A stretch of 58,528 nucleotides of DNA from an uncultured Thiotrichales bacterium (GTDB lineage: Bacteria > Pseudomonadota > Gammaproteobacteria > CAIRSR01). Every line of letters starts with the position of its first letter. Positions within the stretch are counted from its first letter, which is position 1. The stretch lies in the NCBI GenBank assembly GCA_903824965.1, contig CAIJYR010000110.1, positions 1 to 58,528 on the forward strand, in the 5' to 3' direction. Of this stretch, positions 1 through 7,382 are shown in pieces. The notes below the pieces were generated by a model. The model did not search any database. It was not told the DNA's origin and was given only the letters and a program-made list of their open reading frames with translations. The position numbers and the translations under genes were made by a program.

Positions 1-2
1 CT

Positions 3-287
3 GCGGCGCATCCTTCGTCACAGCAACGCCAGAACAATGTCGGCAATGCCGAGCCTCCTACGGCGCATCCTTCGTCACAGCAACGCCAGAACAATGTCGG
101 CAATGCAGAGCCTCCTACGGCGCATCCTGCGGCTCATAACAATCCAACGACAAGCGGATCCACGTCGGCTACCAACACAGGCGCTCCTGTGGGTGCCTCC
201 CATTCCTCCACAGCGGCAGGTGCCCCTACGCCTACGGGTTCCCAACCGCACCAGCACCACCCAGCCAGCAACGAACCGCCGCAATGA
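3..287 (+). CDS. partial CDS (3' end only, enters from left edge): low-complexity Pro/Ser/Thr/Gln/His-rich C-terminal tail
   Basis: Frame 3 is open from the window edge to TGA at 285-287. It reads AAHPSSQQRQNNVGNAEPPT (twice) ...TGSQPHQHHPASNEPPQ*. It is absent from the ORF track because no start codon lies in the window. Other frames are also partly open, so the frame choice is tentative. Confidence 0.3.
   Translation, partial: AAHPSSQQRQNNVGNAEPPTAHPSSQQRQNNVGNAEPPTAHPAAHNNPTTSGSTSATNTGAPVGASHSSTAAGAPTPTGSQPHQHHPASNEPPQ
4..130. repeat. 57-bp tandem direct repeat, about 2.2 copies
   Basis: CGGCGCATCCTTCGTCACAGCAACGCCAGAACAATGTCGGCAATGC(C/A)GAGCCTCCTA occurs at 4-60 and 61-117 with a single mismatch. 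A partial third copy starts at 118. The period is divisible by 3 (19 codons). Confidence 0.9.
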
Positions 288-331
288 TCCGGCAAGCAGT
301 ACCGCCTAAAGGCATGGGATAGAAACGATTG

Positions 332-1081
332 ATGAAAACCTGGGCCATTGCCAAACAAGAGTGGCGCACCCTATTCTCTTCGCCTCTGGGTTGGTGGGTG
401 TTCGGGGTGGGGGAGGCCATGCTTGCCTGGCTGTTTCTCGGTCATCTGGACGATTTTCTGCAAGACCAAAACGATCTGGCAACCCTCGAAGACCCACCCG
501 GAGCCACCGAACTTGTCGCGGGTTCCCTGTTCGGCAACACAGCCTTGGTGCTCCTGTTGCTCGTACCGTTTTTGACCATGCGATCCGTCAGCGAGGAACT
601 GCGTAGCAAAACAATTGTGTTGTTGTTCTCGTCACCGGTTTCTATGACCTCGGTGATACTCGGCAAATACTTGGGTATCCTTGGGTTCCTCTGCCTCTGG
701 ATCGTCTCTGCATTGCTCATGATCTTGTCCATGCAGATGGGCGGCGTGCTTGACCTCGGACTTGTGGCTGCCGGTGGTGTGGGTTTGCTGCTGCTCGTTG
801 CGAGCTTCACGGCGGCGGGCCTGTTTGTCTCAACCCTAACCACACTGCCCACCCTGGCTGCTGTGGGTAGTTTCGGGCTTCTGTTGCTGTTTTGGGTCAT
901 CGATTCGCACACATCGGGACAGATGGGTGGGATACTCACGGATCTATCCCTAGTGAGTCACTATGATGACCTGATTCGGGGGGTCTTCGACAGCGCGGAT
1001 GTTGCGTATTATATCCTGTTTATTTGTACTTTCTTGGTTCTCGCCATTCGTCGTTTGGATGCCTACCAACGCCAGCAGTAA
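332..1081 (+). CDS. ABC-2 type exporter permease (GldF/NosY-like)
   Basis: 249-aa ORF with ATG at 332 (TTG at 329 in the track). It has about six hydrophobic helices. The N-terminus MKTWAIAKQEWRTLFSSPLGW is typical of ABC-2 permeases. No ATPase partner is visible in the window. Confidence 0.7.
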   Translation: MKTWAIAKQEWRTLFSSPLGWWVFGVGEAMLAWLFLGHLDDFLQDQNDLATLEDPPGATELVAGSLFGNTALVLLLLVPFLTMRSVSEELRSKTIVLLFSSPVSMTSVILGKYLGILGFLCLWIVSALLMILSMQMGGVLDLGLVAAGGVGLLLLVASFTAAGLFVSTLTTLPTLAAVGSFGLLLLFWVIDSHTSGQMGGILTDLSLVSHYDDLIRGVFDSADVAYYILFICTFLVLAIRRLDAYQRQQ

Positions 1082-1130
1082 AACCATCACGTACTGGTCT
1101 TCGGATCGAGTGCACGGATTCTAAACCTTC

Positions 1131-2132
1131 ATGAATAATCCTGACTCTCCCACAGCGGGATCTGCATCCCAAACGGCCTTCGCACGCGACGAAGCCCTCT
1201 CAAAACCGGGCCTGTTGTTGCAAAAGGCGAGAGAGGCACATTCTTTCACCCGCGCAGATGTCGCGGCTCGGTTGCGGTTGAACGTGCGTATGATAGCTGC
1301 CCTAGAAGAGGGCGATTGGTCTGCCTTGCCCGCAGTTCCTACCTTTGTGCGCGGCTATTTACGCAATTACGCAAGGCTTGTCAACGTACTCCCAGAACCG
1401 TTCCTGGCCGCCTATGAACGCCAGGGTAGTATCGTACCGCTGCCAGCGGTCGCTGCCACAGCATTGCAACGTCAGCCCTCGAACAGTGATCGACTGTGGC
1501 GGTTTTTCACCTATGTTGTCGTCTTGAGCTTGTTTGTGTTGGTAGGCCTTTGGTGGCAAAGCCGCGATGCCCTGGATCACATCGCCTCCCCCAGCATACC
1601 ACCGACCCATGCCTCCAAAGAGGCACCCAGGCCAAACACCGAACCGCCGCAAGTGCTGGCCACCGATCCGCCTCCAGAAGACAACAGTGAGGCGCATGTA
1701 TTGACTCAAACGGCCCCTCCGTCTGTGCCGACATCGGGCACTGCCAGCGTGCATACAGCCGATCTAACCAACACGCAGGGCAGTGTTTCGGGCAGTGCAG
1801 TGCACCCCGCCGACACAGCCACCAAACCTCCCACAGCATCCAACCCTACACCGCCTCCTGCAGGCCCACCCACCGTGACGGTACAAACCACTGTAGAAAC
1901 CTGGGTCAGGATCAAGGATGGTGCGGGCGATGTTTTATTCAATGCGCCCATCCCTGCGGGTACCCCGCGTTCTTTTCAGGGGCACCCACCCTTCAAAGTG
2001 CGATTGCGAAAGGCCGAAGGCGTGACCGTGACCTACAACGGGGAGGTTTTTGATTTTAGTCCTTACATCAAAGACGAAGCAGCGAGCTTTAGCCTTGGAA
2101 AACGGAACCATGCGCCCGACTCCCACCATTAA
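1131..2132 (+). CDS. rodZ: cytoskeleton protein RodZ (HTH + TM + Pro/Thr-rich linker + C-terminal beta domain)
   Basis: Xre-type HTH ([36 protein letters not shown]) and the [12 protein letters not shown] motif. A single TM helix ([18 protein letters not shown]), a long P/T/A-rich linker and a conserved C-terminal domain follow. The gene sits in classical rodZ-ispG-hisS synteny. Confidence 0.85.
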   Translation: MNNPDSPTAGSASQTAFARDEALSKPGLLLQKAREAHSFTRADVAARLRLNVRMIAALEEGDWSALPAVPTFVRGYLRNYARLVNVLPEPFLAAYERQGSIVPLPAVAATALQRQPSNSDRLWRFFTYVVVLSLFVLVGLWWQSRDALDHIASPSIPPTHASKEAPRPNTEPPQVLATDPPPEDNSEAHVLTQTAPPSVPTSGTASVHTADLTNTQGSVSGSAVHPADTATKPPTASNPTPPPAGPPTVTVQTTVETWVRIKDGAGDVLFNAPIPAGTPRSFQGHPPFKVRLRKAEGVTVTYNGEVFDFSPYIKDEAASFSLGKRNHAPDSHH

Positions 2133-3225
2133 ACGCCGCCTCTCTCGCCAGATCCGTGTGGGAGGCGTCCTGGTCGGGGGAGACGCCCCCATCAGTGTCC
2201 AAAGCATGACCAACACCGAGACCACGGATGTCCTCGCTACGGTGTCGCAGGTGGAGGCGCTCACGCGGGTCGGCGCCGACATTGTGCGCATTTCTGTGCC
2301 TAGCCTCGAAGCGGCAGAGGCGTTCGGACAGATCAAGACCCGCGTCGAGGTGCCCCTTATTGCGGACATTCACTTTGACCACCGGATTGCCCTTCGAGTG
2401 GCAGAACTGGGGGCTGATTGTCTACGCATCAATCCAGGCAACATTGGCAACGCGAGTCGTGTACGTGCGGTGGTAGAGAGCGCACGCGAACGAGGCATTT
2501 CTATCCGCATTGGTGTCAATGCGGGATCGTTGGAAAAAGACCTGCAAAAAAAGTACGGAGAACCGACTGCCGCTGCCCTGGTCGAGTCTGCGATGCGTCA
2601 CATCGATATTCTGGAACGCCTGGATTTTCAGGAGTTCAAGGTCAGCATCAAATCTTCGGACGTTTTTGTTACCATGGAGGCCTACCGAGCACTGGCTGCA
2701 CGGATCGATCAGCCTTTGCACCTTGGCGTCACCGAGGCAGGGGCGGCCCGTGCGGGCACGGTCAAATCGGCCATTGCCATGGGGATGCTGCTCGCCGAGG
2801 GAATTGGTGATACCCTTCGGGTATCGTTGGCGGCCGATCCGGTAGAAGAAGTCAAAGTAGGGTTTGACATTCTGAAGAGCCTTCGTCTGCGTAACAAGGG
2901 CATCCATTTGATTGCTTGTCCTTCGTGCTCACGCCAGGAGTTCGATGTCATCGCGACGGTGAATGCCCTGGAGGAACGTCTTGCGGATATTCTGGAACCG
3001 TTGGACGTGTCGATCTTAGGATGTGTCGTCAACGGCCCGGGCGAAGCCCGTGAATCGCATGTGGGTCTCACGGGGGGAAGCCCCAACCTGCTCTATGTGG
3101 GCGGTGTCCCGCACCACAAGGTAGACAATGAACACCTGGTAGAGGAACTGGAGCGCACCATTCGTGCACAGATTCGTGCACAGATGGCTGCTCTGAAATC
3201 GCCAACCGACCCAATGATGGGGTAA
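2110..3225 (+). CDS. ispG: 4-hydroxy-3-methylbut-2-en-1-yl diphosphate synthase (flavodoxin) IspG
   Basis: [36 protein letters not shown]..., the CPSCSR Fe-S cysteine motif and GCVVNGPGE. The start was trimmed from track 2050 to ATG 2110 and overlaps the rodZ 3' end by 23 nt. Confidence 0.95.
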   Translation: MRPTPTIKRRLSRQIRVGGVLVGGDAPISVQSMTNTETTDVLATVSQVEALTRVGADIVRISVPSLEAAEAFGQIKTRVEVPLIADIHFDHRIALRVAELGADCLRINPGNIGNASRVRAVVESARERGISIRIGVNAGSLEKDLQKKYGEPTAAALVESAMRHIDILERLDFQEFKVSIKSSDVFVTMEAYRALAARIDQPLHLGVTEAGAARAGTVKSAIAMGMLLAEGIGDTLRVSLAADPVEEVKVGFDILKSLRLRNKGIHLIACPSCSRQEFDVIATVNALEERLADILEPLDVSILGCVVNGPGEARESHVGLTGGSPNLLYVGGVPHHKVDNEHLVEELERTIRAQIRAQMAALKSPTDPMMG

Positions 3226-3230
3226 TCGCT

Positions 3231-4499
3231 TTGTCGAAACACATCCAGGCCATTCGCGGGATGAATGATCTCCTGCCGGAACGATCCGGTGGCTGGCAGT
3301 TCGTAGAGAACACCCTGATACGGGTGCTTGCGGGATACGGCTACGAAGAGGTGCGTACTCCCATTCTTGAGAGTACCGAACTCTTTGAGCGATCGATTGG
3401 TGCAGTCACGGACATTGTCGAAAAAGAGATGTATACCTTTGCGGATCGCAATGGGGATCGTCTCACCCTGCGCCCAGAAGGGACGGCGGGTTGTGTTCGA
3501 GCGGCCATCGAAAACGGTCTGTTGCGCAATGCGGCGCTGCGTCTGTGGTACCGTGGGCCGATGTTTCGCCACGAACGCCCCCAAAAAGGACGCTATCGGC
3601 AATTCCACCAACTCGGTGTAGAGGCTTTTGGCTTTGTGGGGCCGGACATTGATGCAGAGTTGATCCTGATGAGTGCTCGGATGCTACAGGCAGTCGGACT
3701 CACAGGGCTTCGGCTGGAAATCAACTCCCTCGGCACCCCTGAGGTTCGTGCTCGCTACCGTGCCGAGTTGGTGTCGTATCTGTCGGCGCGGGAAGCATCG
3801 CTCGATGAGGATAGTCGTCGGCGGTTGGTCTCGAATCCATTGCGCATTCTGGACAGCAAAAACCCTGAGGTACAAGCCCTGGTTGCTGACGCACCGCGTC
3901 TTCTGGACGCGCTTGATGAGACCTCACGCGCACATTTTCAGTCCCTATGCAGCGTGCTGGACAGCGCCGGATTGTCCTACGTCGTGAATCCGTGCCTGGT
4001 ACGGGGGCTTGATTATTACACCCGAACCGTTTTTGAATGGGTTACTACGGATCTGGGTGCACAGGGGGCGGTCTGCGCTGGTGGTCGTTTCGATCAGTTG
4101 GTAGAGCAGCTTGGCGGGACACCCACACCTGCAGCGGGATTTGCGTTGGGTCTGGAACGCTTGGTCGTTTTGTTGGAGGAGCGTCGCTTGCTGCCACCCC
4201 CAGAGGTTCCGCACCTGTACATTGTCCATCTTGGGGAGGAGGCGGCGCGTTCTGCGTTGGTGTTGGCAGAAACTCTGCGTGATGCACTGCCTGGTATGCG
4301 TGCTCTGGTGCACTGTGGGGGGGGTGGCCTGAAGGCGCAGTTTCGCCATGCCGACAAGAGCGGTGCCAACTTTGCCTTGGTGATCGGGGAATCAGAAATG
4401 GTCAATAACACCGTTACCATAAAAGACCTGCGCGGTGCCCTCCCCCAGCAAACCATCGCTAGAGCTGATTTGTCCGCTTTCATAAGCACCCGCCTTTAG
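3231..4499 (+). CDS. hisS: histidine--tRNA ligase
   Basis: 422 aa with a TTG start. Class II aaRS HisRS motifs are present: [35 protein letters not shown] and a C-terminal anticodon-binding domain. Confidence 0.95.
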   Translation: MSKHIQAIRGMNDLLPERSGGWQFVENTLIRVLAGYGYEEVRTPILESTELFERSIGAVTDIVEKEMYTFADRNGDRLTLRPEGTAGCVRAAIENGLLRNAALRLWYRGPMFRHERPQKGRYRQFHQLGVEAFGFVGPDIDAELILMSARMLQAVGLTGLRLEINSLGTPEVRARYRAELVSYLSAREASLDEDSRRRLVSNPLRILDSKNPEVQALVADAPRLLDALDETSRAHFQSLCSVLDSAGLSYVVNPCLVRGLDYYTRTVFEWVTTDLGAQGAVCAGGRFDQLVEQLGGTPTPAAGFALGLERLVVLLEERRLLPPPEVPHLYIVHLGEEAARSALVLAETLRDALPGMRALVHCGGGGLKAQFRHADKSGANFALVIGESEMVNNTVTIKDLRGALPQQTIARADLSAFISTRL

Positions 4500-4569
4500 G
4501 CAGGTGGGACAGCAGGGCAATCCGGCCAGCCTCGGTACAGCCGAGTGCACCTGTCGCAGGAACAGTACC

Positions 4570-5067
4570 ATGTTTGAGGTCTCACTACGACCCGTCGACA
4601 CCACTGATCGCGAGCGCCTCTGGGTCTGGTCTAACGATCCTGATGTGCGTGCACAATCCTTTAGCACAGCTTTGATTTCCCACGAAGAACACAAGCGGTG
4701 GTTTGATGCACGTTTGCTAGACCCCTTTTGGCGAGCCTGGATTGGTACGGAGGCCGGTTTGCAAGCAGTCGGTGTGGTGCGCTTTCAGATACAAGGGCTA
4801 CGTGCTGAAATCGGTGTCAATGTAGCACGGGAGGCACGCGGACGAGGGGTGGGTCGGTTGCTGATCCTCCAGGGGTGTATAGCTTTGTTCGAGACAGGTC
4901 TGATCACGGCAGTGGATGCACGCATCAAACTCGATAACACGGCTTCTGTCGCAGCCTTTCGTGGCGCAGGATTCTGGCAGACAGGCACCGACTTTTCACC
5001 CCCGTTTCCCTGTACACATTGGACGTTCTCCCCTACAGGCGACCCCGCATCGGCACAGCCCGGATGA
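4570..5067 (+). CDS. GNAT family N-acetyltransferase (PseH-like N-terminal signature)
   Basis: Trimmed to ATG 4570 (MFEVSLRPVDTTDRERLWVWSNDPDVR...ISHEEHKRWF). The acetyl-CoA motif ARGRGVGRLL is present. The stop overlaps the rsmD start (ATGA at 5064-5067). Confidence 0.75.
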   Translation: MFEVSLRPVDTTDRERLWVWSNDPDVRAQSFSTALISHEEHKRWFDARLLDPFWRAWIGTEAGLQAVGVVRFQIQGLRAEIGVNVAREARGRGVGRLLILQGCIALFETGLITAVDARIKLDNTASVAAFRGAGFWQTGTDFSPPFPCTHWTFSPTGDPASAQPG

Positions 5068-5669
5068 ACCAGAATCGACTGCGAATCATCGGGGGAGAAT
5101 GGAGAAGCCGCCTCCTCGTGTTCCCAGAGCTGGCTGGATTGCGCCCTACCCCCAATCGGGTACGCGAGACCTTGTTTAATTGGCTGCAGGGGATTGTCAC
5201 CGGAGCGCGTTGCTTGGATCTCTTTGCTGGTAGCGGTGCTTTGGGGCTGGAGGCACTCTCTCGGGGCGCTGCCGAAGTCGTGTTCGTCGAACAACACCCG
5301 GTGGCAGCAAAGGCTCTCCGTGGACATCTAACGCACCTGGATGCCCATCACCGTGCACAGGTTCTAGAAACCAATGCGGAAACCTATTTGCTCGGCACAT
5401 CTCGGTCTTTTGACATCGTTTTTCTGGATCCGCCTTTCCACCAAGGCTGGATACCACGCTGTTGTTGCCAACTACAGGATCGCAGCTGGTTGACCCAGGG
5501 TGCACGGATCTATTTGGAAACAGAAGTGGGATTTTCGCACGAGTCGTTATCGCCCACGTGGGAATGGGTGCGTACCCGACAGGCGGGACAGGTCGGTTAT
5601 CACCTGCTACGATGCCGTGCTGCATCTATCATCCGTCAACCACCCCCGCCTTTAGGCGTGGGCTTGTGA
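5064..5669 (+). CDS. rsmD: 16S rRNA (guanine966-N2)-methyltransferase RsmD
   Basis: Trimmed to ATG 5064. Sequence reads MNQNRLRIIGGEWRSRLLVFPELAGLRPTPNRVRETLFNWL, with LDLFAGSGALGLEALSRGA and DPPF motifs. Confidence 0.85.
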   Translation: MNQNRLRIIGGEWRSRLLVFPELAGLRPTPNRVRETLFNWLQGIVTGARCLDLFAGSGALGLEALSRGAAEVVFVEQHPVAAKALRGHLTHLDAHHRAQVLETNAETYLLGTSRSFDIVFLDPPFHQGWIPRCCCQLQDRSWLTQGARIYLETEVGFSHESLSPTWEWVRTRQAGQVGYHLLRCRAASIIRQPPPPLGVGL

Positions 5670-5681
5670 AAGCAAGCCTGG

Positions 5682-6114
5682 GGTTGACCAGCCTAAGCCA
5701 CAGAGCAGCATGGCTACGTTCCAACGAAGTACAAGACTTGCCCCTTGGGGCGCTTCCTCAACCCTGAGCTACTGAAAGCGGCAGATGCAGACAAGGTTCG
5801 GGTAACTACGAAACGGTCTGTTGCAAGGTTCGCAAGAACCAAAGCTGCGTTGCAACCTGGCAGCGAGGGGGGCGGGGCCGTAAGGCTCCCGTTACTAGGC
5901 CCGTAAGGGCTGACAGCCGGGAAAGACCGGCACCTTTAAGTACAGACGAAAAGACGGCTACCTAAAACCATCTCCTTGCATCCCCCCCGAAGGGCAGGGT
6001 GTCTCGGAGACATTGATCATCCATGAGGTGCACGCTGACTGATTCGTGGGCTCAACCACCCCCGCTTGAAGACGGGTGGCTCTGTGAAACGGATCCATGA
6101 GGTTGACCAGCCTA
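5682..6114 (+). ncRNA. candidate structured RNA or small inserted element (unclassified), bounded by the 14-nt direct repeat GGTTGACCAGCCTA
   Basis: Non-coding by ORF content. GNRA or GAAA-type capped hairpins lie at 5827-5840 (GGTTC-GCAA-GAACC), 5874-5890 (GGGGCC-GTAA-GGCTCC), 5898-5911 (GGCCC-GTAA-GGGCT) and 5917-5930 (CCGG-GAAAGA-CCGG). GTTGCAA/TTGCAAC form an enclosing helix at 5819-5856. Identical 14-mers occur at 5682-5695 and 6101-6114. The 3' part (5900-6011) is homologous to 35120-35222. Confidence 0.35.
5962..6022 (+). promoter_or_regulatory. leader motif copy C (CTAAAACC-pyrimidine tract-hairpin-GTGTCTCGGAGAC)
   Basis: CTAAAACCATCTCCTTGCATCCCCCCCGAAGGGCAGGGTGTCTCGGAGAC is followed 12 nt later by ATG 6023, which opens only a 25-codon ORF (6023-6100). 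It aligns with copies at 35172, 58335(-), 54066, 38423(-) and 37983(-). Confidence 0.35.
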
Positions 6115-6411
6115 GCTGCCGTTACGCCGATTGGTATGAGCAGGGGGTTTGTCCAAAAACAGATGGAAGCGTGGCACCTCCTGCGCCTGAGAGAGGACGA
6201 TGCTCTGGGAGGAAGAAGGCGTTGTGGTACCCAGGCCACCCGATGGGGTGGTTTCTAGCCGCCCACCCGCCAACATCAACACAATCGCACCTGCAAGAAT
6301 GCTAAAACCCGTACCAATGGCCATGCTGGCGAGTACCCCTATCGCCATCTCCCCCAACAATCCACGCTGCGGACGCCTACGATCTTGTATCAACATCGGT
6401 TTTTGGTTCAT
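6112..6411 (-). CDS. hypothetical small membrane protein (doubtful)
   Basis: 99-aa ORF with an ATG start and one long hydrophobic stretch (GLLGEMAIGVLASMAIGTGFSILAGAIVLMLAGG). The SD is weak and no family was recognised. Confidence 0.25.
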   Translation of the reverse strand: MNQKPMLIQDRRRPQRGLLGEMAIGVLASMAIGTGFSILAGAIVLMLAGGRLETTPSGGLGTTTPSSSQSIVLSQAQEVPRFHLFLDKPPAHTNRRNGS

Positions 6412-6658
6412 GCAACCATCCGGTTTCCAGGGACACCCGTGGTTTTCAACACGGGGCGATTGACATCCTCGCTGAGTAGTATAAATAGTACACTCTCACT
6501 CGTGGCAAGGATGTTGAGAAGGTGTGGCAATCGCATGATCAAACATGTCAGAAATCTGCACAACAGACACGGAACCGTACTCCTCCCGCTGGATCGCTGG
6601 CGTGGGTACGTTTTGATGTACTCCATTCCATTCGTTTGGTCTGACCGGGGAGTATCTT

Positions 6659-7354
6659 GTGAAACGTAAGATCGCTATCGTTGAAGACGAGCCGTCCATT
6701 CGGGAAAACTATGCCGATGTGCTGCGCCGTCAAGGGTATGAGGTGGCAACCTTCAGCGCCCGCACGGAAGCACTGGCCTCTTTTCGTGCGCGACTGCCCG
6801 ACCTTGCTATCCTAGACATTGGTCTCGAAAACGACGTGGAAGGCGGGTTCGAGTTGTGTCGGGAGTTGCGTGCCATGTCTGCAACCGTCCCCATCATCTT
6901 TCTGACCGCCCGCGACAGTGAGTTTGATACTATTTCAGGGTTACGCTTAGGGGCGGACGATTATCTTACCAAAGACATCAGCCTTCCCCACTTGGGGGCA
7001 CGCATTGCCGCGCTGTTCCGACGTATGGATGCCTTGCGTGCACCGCCCATCCGCGAAACCCTCCTGACCCGTGGAGCGTTGACACTCGACATGAACCGGA
7101 TGCAGGTGCGTTGGCGTGACCAGCCTGTGGATCTCACGCTGACCGAGTTCTGGCTAATCCACGCGATGGCCCGTTTTCCAGGACACGTTAAGAACCGCGA
7201 ACAACTGATGCACGAGGCCAACATTGTGGTGGATGACAGCACCATCACCAGCCACATCAAACGGGTGCGTCATAAATTTATCTTACTCGACAGCGATTTT
7301 TCTGCCATCGAGACGATTTACGGAATGGGGTATCGCTGGAAAACCGATGCCTAA
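6659..7354 (+). CDS. OmpR/PhoB-family response regulator (REC + winged-helix)
   Basis: GTG start preceded by GGGGAG. Receiver motifs are IAIVEDEP, DLAILDIGL (phospho-Asp) and PIIFLTARD. The C-terminal winged-helix reads LTLTEFWLIHAMARFPGHVKNREQLM...GMGYRW. Confidence 0.9.
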   Translation: MKRKIAIVEDEPSIRENYADVLRRQGYEVATFSARTEALASFRARLPDLAILDIGLENDVEGGFELCRELRAMSATVPIIFLTARDSEFDTISGLRLGADDYLTKDISLPHLGARIAALFRRMDALRAPPIRETLLTRGALTLDMNRMQVRWRDQPVDLTLTEFWLIHAMARFPGHVKNREQLMHEANIVVDDSTITSHIKRVRHKFILLDSDFSAIETIYGMGYRWKTDA

Positions 7355-7382
7355 CCCGATGCCTTCTCTGCGGACATAATCA

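Noticed and set aside
442-939. Long antisense or alternative-frame ORFs throughout the track (for example 442-939-, 7647-8342-, 12378-13097-, 20261-20755-, 43971-44330-, 46188-46772-, 46935-47633-, 51254-51802-, 54121-54813-).
   Set aside because: They lie entirely inside strongly supported CDSs on the opposite strand or another frame. Their products have Arg/Pro/Gly-rich composition typical of shadow ORFs in GC-rich DNA, and no recognisable motifs.
2050-2109. ORF-track N-terminal extensions of ispG (2050), GNAT (4504), rsmD (5019), FkbH (28096), rplU (31990), flgA (35976), DUF4189 (37204), yhdP (49101), the glycine-zipper lipoprotein (54314) and the hypothetical at 58400.
   Set aside because: Internal starts give canonical family N-termini, signal peptides or lipoboxes, SD sequences, or 4-nt stop/start overlaps. 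The extensions overlap upstream genes or non-coding repeats.
6023-6100. 25-codon ORF (MRCTLTDSWAQPPPLEDGWLCETDP) downstream of leader copy C.
   Set aside because: It is too short, the SD-ATG spacing of 12 nt is poor, and there is no supporting conservation. It is mentioned only as a possible leader peptide.
5650-6120. Identity of the structured intergenic element as RNase P RNA, tmRNA, SRP/4.5S, 6S RNA, a group II intron domain V, or a cobalamin, TPP, glycine or c-di-GMP riboswitch.
   Set aside because: None of the hallmark sequences I can recall are present. These include GAGGAAAGUCC for RNase P, the tmRNA tag reading frame and TpsiC-like 3' end, the SRP GGAA/AGCA motif, the B12 box GCCACUG and the TPP CUGAGA...ACCUGAUCUGGAUAAUGCC. 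Only a weak CGCCGAAGGGCAG resemblance to the glycine-riboswitch core was seen in the 35078 copy. It is left unclassified pending an Rfam scan.
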